Source of the DNA: Diplonema japonicum
Taxonomy: Eukaryota; Protista; Euglenozoa: Diplonemea
Direction: 5' to 3'
DNA length: 64,000 bases
Assembly (NCBI GenBank): GCA_964019335.1
Contig: OZ025686.1
Span: forward strand, 310,001-374,000
A program made the translations under genes and the position numbers. The notes below the pieces were generated by a model, which saw nothing but the letters and a program-made list of their open reading frames with translations, had not been told where the DNA came from and ran no database searches. Below, piece after piece: positions 21,799 through 31,798 of the stretch (position 1 is its first letter; the number at the start of each line of letters is the position of its first letter).

Positions 21799-22335
21799 CC
21801 CTTCTTCTTAAATACCTTTGCTGCCTGCTCACGAGCCTGTGCATCCGCCACTACCTGCAGCTGGGTTTGGAGCTTGTGCTCAGCAGCATCGGTGTCCGAT
21901 TGGGCTTGAGCGTGTGCCGTGCGAGCCGCCGCCTCCCTCTGCCTCAGCTCGTCCAGAAGCCTCTTCGCCGCCTCGATGGCGTCTCTCTGCGCGTTCTCTG
22001 TCCAGAAGTCCTTCGCGCGGTAGTACAGGCAGTCGATCATCGTGGGGTACAGTTCACCGAACCTCTGGAACTCCCCCAGCGTGATCACCTTGTCGCTGTT
22101 CGCATCCGCCTTCTCAAACAAGTCGTTCACAGTCGCAGACGAGAACCCCACGTTCAGCTTCCTGAACTGTGCAACGAAGCTCTCCAGGTCGATGGAGCGG
22201 CACTTCCTCGAATCGAAGTCGTCGAAAAGGCGGCGCACCTGTGTTGTGTTGTGTTGTGTTGTGTTGTTGCTGGTTCTGCTTGCTGCACACCTTCTCGTCA
22301 TGGTTGATGTGGTCGGGCCAGTTTGTCAGCGACAT
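20768..22335 (-). CDS. EF-hand plus long coiled-coil protein, paralog B (3 exons)
   Basis: Near-identical to 7591-9123 including introns; different C-terminal tail. Confidence 0.85.
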
Positions 22336-22428
22336 TGTCTTCGGTTCCAAGGCTCCTGAAATGGGGTGGCTTTAAGAATGAGTGAGCATAAAATGTGAAC
22401 AGATAAAGAATGTAGTGTAAGGAGGAAA

Positions 22429-22463
<35 letters not shown>

Positions 22464-22466
22464 AGG

Positions 22467-22733
22467 TCACAGGTTGGGGTAAGTGGGGTTCCCAGGGAGG
22501 ACTAGCTGCCTGGGGTTCTTGTGGTTCAAAGTCGCGTTGCGGTCCTGTGTGTTGTTGTGGTTCTTCCCCCCTTCCCCCCCAAGAAAACAAAAACACACCT
22601 CAATCTCGTAGTTAAACTTTGCAGTCCCAACAGCAGCACCAGAGCCGTACCTGGCGTGGCTCCCCCAGTTCCCACCGTGCTGCTGTGTGCCGTCGAACAC
22701 ACTCAGGGGCTTCATCAGGCCGTTGGCGGGCAT
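22467..22733 (-). CDS. Small (~70 aa) unknown protein, copy 2
   Basis: Identical to 3198-3464 from ATG to last sense codon. Confidence 0.7.
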   Translation of the reverse strand: MPANGLMKPLSVFDGTQQHGGNWGSHARYGSGAAVGTAKFNYEIEVCFCFLGGEGGKNHNNTQDRNATLNHKNPRQLVLPGNPTYPNL

Positions 22734-22848
22734 TTTGGTTTTCTTTTGGGGGGGGTTTTTTTTTTCGTGTAGTGTATCTGCATTTTTTTTTTTAATTGAA
22801 ACAACGACAAACAAAAATTCACTATGATAGGAAACGAAGTGGTTAGAG

Positions 22849-22896
<48 letters not shown>

Positions 22897-23109
22897 TCGG
22901 TTGATTGTTGTTTGTGCACAGCCGGGGTTAACCTAGAAGGATAAGCCAAACAATGCCACCACTACTCTTTTTAGCAATAACAATTCAGTATCAATATATT
23001 GTTTTTCTTGTTCATGCAAAAAAAAAAAAAAAAAAAAAAAAAAAGAAGGAAGGGTTGGTGCGCATCAACAACTACCATTGACCCCCTCCCCTTCTTTAAT
23101 CACATGTCA

Positions 23110-23574
23110 CTATGCAAGCAAAACTGATTCCAGTTTATCGACCGCAAACGTGATGGGAGGGTCAAGAACATAAGGCAGAAAGGGGATGACCGCGAGGCCT
23201 GATAAAGTAGGGGCGAATTTCACCATCGAAGGAGAGGCTTGCGGGCGGTATTTTTTGATGAGAAACGAGGTGCTTGCTACTTGTTTGTTGACAAAAAAGG
23301 CGGGGAGGGTGACGGAGGCAAGAAGCTGCCAGAGAGCCGCACAACCACCAACAGCAAATGCTTTTTTTGTGCTAGATCCGTTGGTCAGTTCATTCCTCGT
23401 CTTATCGATCGAGTCCCCCGCTGCATAGCCAATAGCAATCACATAAGACCCCCACACAGCCTGGATCGGGATGAGCGGCCTGTAGGCTTCCCCAAGTTCA
23501 TTCACGTAGCCTAGGTACCTCGCATTGCTGTCCCGCCACCAGTCATAGGGTGCTCCTGGGGGCGCATCGTGCAT
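23110..23574 (-). CDS. MTFP1: Mitochondrial fission process protein 1 (MTP18 family)
   Basis: DWWRDSNARYLGYVNELGEAYRPLIP, GYAAGDSIDK, LWQLLASVTLPAFFVN. May extend 5' (MKRSYD...) if an A-run near 23575 is one base short. Confidence 0.85.
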   Translation of the reverse strand: MHDAPPGAPYDWWRDSNARYLGYVNELGEAYRPLIPIQAVWGSYVIAIGYAAGDSIDKTRNELTNGSSTKKAFAVGGCAALWQLLASVTLPAFFVNKQVASTSFLIKKYRPQASPSMVKFAPTLSGLAVIPFLPYVLDPPITFAVDKLESVLLA

Positions 23575-24000
23575 TTTTCTTGTGGTTTTTGAAACTCCTT
23601 TGTTGTGGTAACGGTGTCCTCTCCATCGCTGAAACCCACCTCCCCCACCACCACAAAGTCCCCGAACAACCCCTCACCCCTCTCCACCCTGACGGCTCCG
23701 CTTTCCCCTCCCTCGCCCGCACCGCTGTCATAAGATCTCTTCATTCGATAAAAAAAAATCAAACGGGGGAACAGATTTTTTTTTTTTTTCGATCCCTTTT
23801 TTTTTTTGTACGTTTTTTTTTTTTCTTTTTTTTTTTTTTTCCTCCTTCTTCTTCCTTCCCCGGTGTCAAGACTGCAATACAAAATAAAAAAAGGCAAGGA
23901 AAAGGAAGGGGGAAGGGGTAATGACACTTTAAAAAAAAAAAAAAAAAAAAAAAAGAAAAAAAGAAAACTGACACACTACTGATCGCTTTTTTTTTTATAT

Positions 24001-25281
24001 TCAATTCTTCTGTTTTTTCGCCGGGGGTTCCGAATCGGTGCATTCCTTTGCAGTGGTGGCCGTGGCCGTGGCGGACCAGAAGGACCTGGGGTGGTTGTTC
24101 TTGACAATCGACCCCGACAGGATAAACCCCCCGGCACTGTTCATGTTGACGAAGGGGTGCGTCCGGTTGGGGAGGACCTGGTACTCCCTCCAAAACGTCT
24201 CGTTGAGCTGAACGTTCACCGCGCTGAGGTCCGCCCGAAGGGCGGACGCAAGTTCGGAAAGGGGCATGAGGTACTTACTGTGGATCGCGAACGAACACCG
24301 CCCGCCCATCAAAGGCCTGAACTGTTCAAACACTTCAGCAGCATCATGCTGAGAAACGATAATAACAGAGTCCAAACCGCCACCTGCTACAATCTCCTTT
24401 ACTGACACATGTAAAGATTGCATGACTCGGTACCCTGACATCGGTTTCGCATTTTCTTCAATCTCCATCGGAGAGGTTACCTCTGTCATAACGTCTCTCG
24501 TTAGTTCCACATTAACAAGGCATTTTTCAGCAGCGGCGTTGAGGTGCATCCAGTCGAAAACCGGTGATGTTGGTGCCCCCAGGCCTTGTGTGCCAACTAT
24601 GTTGTATATTTTTCCAAATCCGCCTTGTCGTTCCACAACCCCGGCGGAGATGAGCCCTGCGCAGGATTCCATGATCAATGTTTTAGAGTGCGCGTGGACG
24701 TTGGCTTGGTGAAGGATTTGCGCGATCCCGTCTACTCTGAGGTTCATTAGCTTTTCGGGTTTCTTGACATGGTACAACTCAAGAGAGTTCGCTAGTGTCG
24801 CGCGTCTTGGCCTCATCGAGAACGACCATTTTTTTTGTTTCTTCTTGATGTACTTCTCTTGGGAGTAAACTGTTTTCCCTGCGAACGTGGCCGAGCTGTT
24901 CACGAGAACTTTAACGGCGTCGTTGCCCCCCCCGCCCTTCTTCAAAGCCAGTAGTTCTTCGGTGTTTGCTTGCTGTGCTGTGTTGGTGTCCAGCAGGCCT
25001 CTGTTGTCATCCCCACCTACTATAAGCATCGCCGCCTTAGCCTCCTCGTTCTCTCCTTTCAAGTCCTTCACCAGCTTCTTCTTGTCCGTGTCGTAGATTA
25101 TGCTCTGGTTCCACCCCATGCCCACCACCTCCCCCAGGTTGATTTCTTTCACACCGGGTATTTTAGCCGATTTAAACAGCTCGTTCTTTTTGAAGCACAC
25201 GCTGAACACCCTGTCGTCCATCAAGTGGATAAGACCCCAATCGCCTTCTTTGATGGTGCCATCGTCACAAACTGCTGCCAT
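24001..25281 (-). CDS. TRM6: tRNA m1A58 methyltransferase non-catalytic subunit (Gcd10/TRM6)
   Basis: DDNRGLLD, NSSATFAGKTVYSQEKYIKKKQKK, WREYQVLPNRTHPFVNMNSAGGFILSG. Confidence 0.92.
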   Translation of the reverse strand: MAAVCDDGTIKEGDWGLIHLMDDRVFSVCFKKNELFKSAKIPGVKEINLGEVVGMGWNQSIIYDTDKKKLVKDLKGENEEAKAAMLIVGGDDNRGLLDTNTAQQANTEELLALKKGGGGNDAVKVLVNSSATFAGKTVYSQEKYIKKKQKKWSFSMRPRRATLANSLELYHVKKPEKLMNLRVDGIAQILHQANVHAHSKTLIMESCAGLISAGVVERQGGFGKIYNIVGTQGLGAPTSPVFDWMHLNAAAEKCLVNVELTRDVMTEVTSPMEIEENAKPMSGYRVMQSLHVSVKEIVAGGGLDSVIIVSQHDAAEVFEQFRPLMGGRCSFAIHSKYLMPLSELASALRADLSAVNVQLNETFWREYQVLPNRTHPFVNMNSAGGFILSGSIVKNNHPRSFWSATATATTAKECTDSEPPAKKQKN

Positions 25282-25471
25282 GTTCTTTTTTTCCTTCTTT
25301 TTTTTTTTCCCCCTCTTTTGTATGTGTGTGTGCTGTGTGTCTGTGTTTTTTTTTCTTCTTCTTTTTTTCTACAAATACAACAAAAAAAAAAAGTGAACAC
25401 ACTGGAGATTTTGTTTTTCTTTTTTTGTTAAAAAAATAGGCCAGGGAGGGGGGGGAGTGGTAAAACAACTT

Positions 25472-27157
25472 TCAGACCTTCAGCACAGTTGTGTTGTTCA
25501 CGATACCGTTGTACACGATGACGTTGTTAGCGGGGACCCTCTGTTTCGTGAGAAGCTTGATAATCTCTTGTGAGGCGATTCCTCCCAAAACAGAAGCGAT
25601 TGTGTGGATTTCCACATGACCAGAACGCACTGCTTCTCTCGTGTATGAAGGTGGGATGGAGATTGCGCACTTCCCACGCGACAGCACGGCCCTGAGGTGC
25701 TTGTCCAACACTGCACAGTCATCAATATCCGATGTCCCAGGGTACCTTCCAGCAGTTCGGTAAAAATCTTCTCCAGCCAAGTGCACAGCGAACCACCACG
25801 CGTCGCTAGGCGTGCTGCTGACCACCCCTTCCAGGCTCCTGTTGCCTTCTTCGAAAATCTTCGAGTGTCGGATGACTCTCAGGTTTCTAGCGTTCTTGCA
25901 AAACCTTGCGACTGTGTCTTCCTCAAATCCTTCTTCACACTCACCGTTCAAGGAAATAGCTCGTTTCCGGATCCAGTTCACATCCTCGAGAGCCTTTTCA
26001 CGATGAATATCCCTCAGCTTGGTGTAGTTGGCTGTGGTAGATACCATGTCTGGTATAGACCCTGTCAAAGGAAGGACCTCGAATTCCTATGGTTGGGGCG
26101 TTATATTTTTATTTAAAAAAAAAAAAGAAATACCTTGTAAAACTCGCTCAATGCCTTCACCAACACCCAGAAAACTCTGTTCGTGCCACTTGGGATCTCC
26201 TCGCAGTTTTGATCCGAAAAGAGCTGTGTGTGTGTGTGTGTGTGTGGTTTCATTTGTTTTCCTGTCTCAAACCTTCTCAACATCGCCCACTTTCGGCGGC
26301 AGGTACTTATTGATGTTCTCTGCCGCCTCACAGAAGTTCTCTTCCTCTCTGTACGAGCCTTCGATTTCTCCAGGGAGCCTCATCTTCATGATGAGTTCCT
26401 TCAGCTCTTTCTTCTGTTTGTACTCCTGCGGAAGCGCAGTGTCGCCCAGCCCATTCTTCTCCCGCCATGACTGTGTCGCAAGGTAAGCGATGACTGGCCA
26501 CGGGACATGGGAGTGCTCGTGAGAGTCGGTGATCTCTGAGAGAGTGAAAGATCTGAAGAACGACAGCAAGGAAGGGAACGGCGTAGTGGTCCGCAGATCT
26601 TGAACTTCCGAATCGGGGAATCCTTCTACAATGGTGTGCTCATTGCCGGCTTGCAAGCGTATGAAGCCTAACATGCCGTTCGTGGAAAGTGTCAAGAGAT
26701 GGACATGTTGTGAAGCGCACATCTCAGAAACCTTTTCAACAAGTTGTGGGGAGAGATCTGCAGCCACCACACAGGACACGGCGTCGTCGGTAAAGAAATT
26801 CGGTCTTTCAGAGAGAAGTGCCTCTGGGTCTACCTCAATGGCGGCTGCTTTTACATTCACAGGATTCATTTCCTGAAGGAGTTCCGTGACCGTTTTTGCC
26901 TTTCCCTCTCCCAGTTTGTCCTTTGTGACGAAGAAGTTTCTCCCCAGGTCTTTTTTTGTCACCACGCTGCCATCCACCACCGTGACCCTCCCCACCCCAG
27001 GTAGGACCAAGTTCTTCAGAGTTTCGCATCCCGACGCGGTGGCTCCCAACAAACACACATGTCCATTTTCCAGTGTTTCTTGACCTTCAACCCCCCATAG
27101 CCTGACGCCACGGTCGTACCTCGTTTGCTTTTCGCTCGGTTTTTCAATGGTGTTCAT
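25472..27157 (-). CDS. NAE1: NEDD8-activating enzyme E1 regulatory subunit (APP-BP1), 3 exons
   Basis: RYDRGVRLWGVEGQ, ETLKNLVLPGVG, HSHVPW, EENFCEA, LPLTGSIPDM, GGIASQEIIKLLTKQRVP. Introns 26224-26272 and 26087-26133. Confidence 0.93.
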
Positions 27158-27361
27158 TTTTTTTTTTTTTTTTATATATCCCCGTGTGTAGAAGACTGGG
27201 GTTGAGGATGAGAAACATCATTCGTATTTGCATGAATAACATAGAGAAGGAAATATTTAAAAAAAAAAAGATGTCTTTGAAGGGAACCTGCAGTATGTGA
27301 CAGGATCGCCTAACGACAATCAACTCATCTAGTGTTTGATCCCTTCTGTCGTGGTAGTGCC

Positions 27362-28677
27362 TTAGGCCCGTCGTAGTATCTCATCAGCAGCTTGGGCGTG
27401 AAACCAACTAGCGAGTTGTTGAGGATGCAATGCGTGCGCATTTGTTCCTCTAGGATCGAGTGGGTGACCTTCGGGGATGCGGATTTTCTCGAGGGTTAAG
27501 TATTTCTTGGATACAGCTCCAAAACTGTTCTCCGTGGATGGGGCTGCGGTCCTTCGCAAGCTGGGTGAGTTTACTTCGCCTCTGCCTGAGAATATCGAGT
27601 TTCCCAATTGTGCTGTCCCCCTCAAGAGATGCTTTTCACAAGCTGTAGAGAGCGCTAAGAAAGCGGCGTCTAGATCCCCGGTGTCCTTCAGGGCCCTCAA
27701 TGTTGGGAGAATATCACTGTGCGGTGTACGGTCTCGGGAGTCCTGGAGGGGGACGATCATCCTGGGCAGATAGGTATTGGAGCGAGGGCTCGTGGAATTT
27801 TGGGATATCAATCGAGATTTTAAGTGCGTGGTGGGAGGGGACACCAATGTCGATGGTCTGGCAGTCTCTCAGAGCCATTGACGCCGTTGCGTTCATCAGG
27901 ATGTAGTCTGGCCTGGATTTCGCCGTTGCCGTGACGAAGGAGGGAGGGGTCTGTACCACGTAGGCGTAAGACCTTGTCCGAGGCGTCCGTCCAATGCTGT
28001 GCAAGGGCGTGTGAAAGCACCGGGGAGTCCTGAATGGTAGTATTAAAATCTCCCGTTACGATGACCGGAACGTCCCCCAGTTGCGTAGTTTTCCGTAGTG
28101 TGTCATCTATCAGTGCTTCCCTGTTTCTTTTGGCGTGACTACTGCCGTCGTTAACCTGGCAGTAGAGGGTGATGACGTGTAACCAATCCCGTTTCCCCAA
28201 TGCGACTCTTACGTGAACTCTGCGTGTGTTGGTGCCGTGGTCTTCGAAAAGAGAAGTCTCCTTCTTCGCAGTCAGCCGCTTGTTCACTATAATTCCCACT
28301 CCTCCTCTTTGGGCGACCGAGGGGGACTCTGCATCCTTGGATATCTTTCCCTGTTGCGGGGGTCCCCAGAAGAGACGGTGTTCTTTCAGGAAAGCGTCAC
28401 GTTTTGTTTCTTCGTTCACCATTCACTGACCAGCTTGCGTTAGGGCTGTCTCCTGGAGGCAGATCAGGTCAAATGATTGTAGTTTGATCCTATTCAGATG
28501 GTTCGGGAGGTTCGTGACGTTCACCGAGATAAGAGTGAGCTCCTTCTTGTTCTCCTCTTCGGGTCCAGGATTCGGATGGATGTCACCGTGGGTCATGAGC
28601 CGTTTTCTCGCTTCGCGTGCGATAGATCGTCTCGACCTCTTCAAAATGAGGAAATGTGCCCGTGGAAGGTGGATCAC
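27362..28677 (-). pseudogene. ORF2 remnant: 2A-like peptide plus apurinic-like endonuclease
   Basis: ORF pieces 28423-28677, 27820-28422, 27714-28004 and 27362-27847 are collinear. In-frame TGA after QETALTQAGQ; SRPDYILMN matches the APE xRxDY motif. Confidence 0.8.
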
Positions 28678-28851
28678 TGTTAAGGAGTAGATCAGGAGGT
28701 TGTTCCTGGATGGAGAGCCGAGCCAGTCGCAAGTGAAAGGGGCGAAGGGGATTGGCGTGGCCGAAGAAGTTAGGAGGTCAATGAATGAAAGAATGATGAT
28801 AATGGTAATGGGGAGGGATATGACTGCCCCGCAGAACTTCAGTGCCTCCTG

Positions 28852-30445
28852 TCAGATCTTCTGGTTTTTGGGGCTTGGGGTCGTCTGCGAGTGGGTTTCC
28901 GACTCCCCTCTCTTCCTCGAACTCTCGGCGTTGGCCGCCTCCACTCGTGCTTTTTCGAGTGCCGCCCATGATCTAGGGAACTCCGCCTCCGTCAGCTTCA
29001 CCCTTTGCTGCTTCCCTTTGAAGGTTCTCTCCCTTCTGTCCGGTGCGTCCTCTCGGGTCCAATCCCTGATTACGAGGGAGTGTCGCTTCTCCCCTCGCGC
29101 GATGAGCCTGACCGTAGGGGGGTTGGTTGCACGTATGAGCCATTTCGACGCACTCAACTTGTCCATGTGGTTAATAACCCACCCACAACTTGCCAGGTCG
29201 ACTCTCAAGTCGCACTCGTGTTCGCAGTTCAGACACCCTTCCAGAATGTATTTTTCGCCTGTCTTCTGCACCGGGAGTAGGATGGGGTTGACCCTGGCCA
29301 GGACTTCCTTGCGGTCCGCACCTCTCGGTAGCATGAGGGCTAACCCGATCGGCGTCACGGTGAGGGAGGTGCCCAGCGACGCGGTGGGAACGTCGGCCGC
29401 CCTGATCCCTTTCTTCAGCTGGATGACTTCTAGTCGGTCTCTCGCGAACGCGTGTGTCCAGAAGACACCCTGGTCCCCTGAAGCTGCTAACAGTCTCGTC
29501 GCGTGTTCAGGGTCTACACGTACGAGGGCGGTGGCTGTCTTGTTCTCTGTGGATCGGTCTATCCTGAAGACAGCATTCGGTAAGACCTTGTAGAGTCTCT
29601 CCTTGTCGCGTGCTGCTAGTAGTGCCATCCTTTTAATGGCGTTGCCGTCTGCAGTGCGTTTCCACTGTGCCGCCGAGCAGTGGTCTCTCGCAATCACCGC
29701 CTTGAGTATCGTAGTCCTGTTGATGTCCTCCTTGGGAGGGGCGTCCATGGCATGTGGGAGCACCTCGTTCCCAGTGACCCAGGTTCGAATGATCCCTCTC
29801 GTCGTGGGAGAGTCTGACTCAGTGCCGCCCACGAATGGCTTGGTGCAGATGATTTTGAAATCAAGGTCGAGTGCCTTGAGACGAGAGGCGAGTTGGACCG
29901 GGTCCGAGGGATTGAAGTAGATACCAGCCGTGAGCTGGTCGGGAATCACGTTGTGGATCTGCTGAGCTCCCCAGTGTTGCTGTACCAGTGCTAAGGGGTT
30001 TAACAGGGGCAGGTCTGCTCGTCCAATTGGTGGCCGCCCCGAGGTATGTCTTGGCGCTTCCTCTTGTCTCCTTCCTCGGGGGTGTCCTCTTCGATTGTTG
30101 CTGCTGTAGTGCCGGCTGTCCTTTCGGTTGTTGCTGCTGGCGCTGTTGCCCCTTAGCCTGTTGGTTTTGGTGCTGCTGCTGCTGAAATTGTTGCTGGGGT
30201 TGACCCGTCTGTTGGTATGGCTGAGGAGGTTGTTGCTGAGCAAATGACTGTTGGGGTTGCGGCGGGGGCTGGTATTGTTGCAGAGCTGGCTGTTGTTGCG
30301 GGGCGGGCTGTTTAGGGGAGGCCTGTGCCTTTTCGACCAACTGTAAAATGCAGCTTAGTGTGGTCAGCACCAGGCTCCTGTTGTCCTCGGAGAGGTCGCC
30401 CGCAAGCAGGCTCTGCGCCCTCTGGACCAGATGATGGGGGTCCAT
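28852..30445 (-). pseudogene. ORF1 of retroelement (Gln-rich N-terminus), frameshifted near 30000
   Basis: ATG 30445 MDPHHLVQ..., polyQ/P tract, continuing in the 28852-30243 frame; lies directly upstream of the APE remnant. Confidence 0.65.
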
Positions 30446-30672
30446 GATCGTCGTCGGTGAGGGGGATAAAATAAAACTGTCTTTGTAAAATTCGCACTCT
30501 CGTCTACCAATCACTATAAACTTTCGTACTCCTACTGACAAACTTTTCACTGATATACTGATACTGATACTTTGCTATCACCTCGCTGTGCTCCGTAATA
30601 CTTGCTGCTGATCTTTGATCTATATTTTTTCTTTTCAAACCGCTCTACCTGGTTCCTTTATTGGCACGGTCG

Positions 30673-30714
30673 ATACCAATAAAGTACAGAAACTGTAGCT
30701 TTAGAATCGTTGGT
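30673..30714 (-). ncRNA. Spliced-leader (SL) exon (38 nt) plus GTAT splice donor; partial SL RNA copy
   Basis: Minus strand 30714-30677 reads ACCAACGATTCTAAAGCTACAGTTTCTGTACTTTATTG, then GTAT. It contains the conserved euglenozoan SL 3' half ACAGTTTCTGTACTTTATTG and, from recall, the diplonemid-type (A)ACCAACGATT 5' half. Confidence 0.9.
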
Positions 30715-31276
30715 AAAAAAAGGGAAAACGATGGAAATAAAAGAAGAAAAAAAGTAAAATAATAACGCAACGCCTCCCCCCCCCCTATTTTAATGTTCTT
30801 TCTTTTTAAACCCTCATGGAGGGCTCTCTCCTCTTACCGCTAGATAATTGGGTTAAGGGCAGAGGAGAGATAAACATGAGCTCGTCCGGGAAAAAAAAAT
30901 GTCAACAAATGACCCTCCCATGCGACAAAAAGACCCCCGTTAAATTTCTAAGTAGGAAAGTAGCCCGACACCACTGTGTGCAGAAATGCAGCCCGGGGGT
31001 TGCAAAGCCTGCCACCCTCATGGCAAAACAAGCACCGCAATTGAAAGAACGGCAACAGGCACACCATGTATGTCATCTTCCTATGGTTGCATGCTGCCCC
31101 CCCCCCCCCCCCCCCTTTCTTTTTTTGCTCAAATAATCAAAACAAAAAAGATTTCGTAACTGCCAAAAAAAAAAAGTGGTCATCCGGACGAGCTCATATT
31201 TTTATAAAAAAAAAAACTCAAAGTACAGGACAAGCCCTCGCTTTAAAAAAAACAAAAAGAAACTTTTTTTTTTCAC

Positions 31277-31798
31277 CTACATTTTATTCACCCGCATGTG
31301 AGAAGTAGTGTACTTCTGAATTGCTTCGCCAGCAGCTCTTGCACAGCTTGTTGCAAGTTCGCCCTGATTGCCTAGACTGATGGCAGCAAAGGCTGCCCGA
31401 GGGCTGATGGTCGCAACTTTGTTGTGAACGGAAATGTCAGAAGCCAAAGTAACTAGCTTATCAATGTACGCCCGCAAGAGGTCGTCCACAACGCTCATTG
31501 CACTGCTTTTAATGCGTGTGATCTTGTTTGCTTTTCTCTTCTGAGATAGAATCCTGTGGATGTAGAGCTTGTAGCTGCTGTAGCTCGACTTCTTGACTCT
31601 CGCTCCATCCTGCTTGCGGGGTTTTGTCTTCTCTTGTTTTGTGCGCTTCAGGGTTTTCTTGTTCTTCTTAGCAAACCCCGGCAGCAGCATCTTGCTTCCA
31701 GAGACGGGAACTGTCGGCGTCTGTAGCAATTGCTGGCTAAACTGTGTGCCCTGCACCTGGCTCATTTGAGCCTGGGGTACTTGTGAATTATTGAGCAT
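31277..31798 (-). CDS. Divergent histone H2B variant with long N-terminal tail
   Basis: SYKLYIHRIL...IKSSAMSVVDDLL...LASDISVHNKVATISPR...GELATSCARAAGEAIQKYTTS matches the H2B fold. Confidence 0.85.
   Translation of the reverse strand: MLNNSQVPQAQMSQVQGTQFSQQLLQTPTVPVSGSKMLLPGFAKKNKKTLKRTKQEKTKPRKQDGARVKKSSYSSYKLYIHRILSQKRKANKITRIKSSAMSVVDDLLRAYIDKLVTLASDISVHNKVATISPRAAFAAISLGNQGELATSCARAAGEAIQKYTTSHMRVNKM

Larger units (their letters stand above)
27270..30714 (-). mobile_element. Degenerate APE-type non-LTR retroelement headed by a spliced-leader exon; RT domain absent
   Basis: SL at the 5' end; Gln-rich frameshifted ORF1; GDIHPNPGP followed by APE motifs (LISVNV, DLICLQET, GGVGIIV, VITLY, IVTGDFN) with stops and frameshifts; T-tracts at both ends. 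The 3' boundary is inferred from a repeat. Confidence 0.8.

Noticed and set aside
22360-22470. Microprotein exons spliced onto the EF-hand gene as one gene
   Set aside because: Both microprotein copies end in a stop at the same codon, and EF paralog A has its own ATG without these exons.
28423-28425. TGA readthrough or alternative genetic code in the APE ORF
   Set aside because: TGA is a normal stop in host genes here, and the element also has frameshifts, so decay is simpler.
30714-30900. Intact SL RNA gene with promoter at this locus
   Set aside because: Upstream is an ordinary T-rich spacer, base 1 of the SL is missing, and no clear Sm site or T-terminator follows within ~100 nt.
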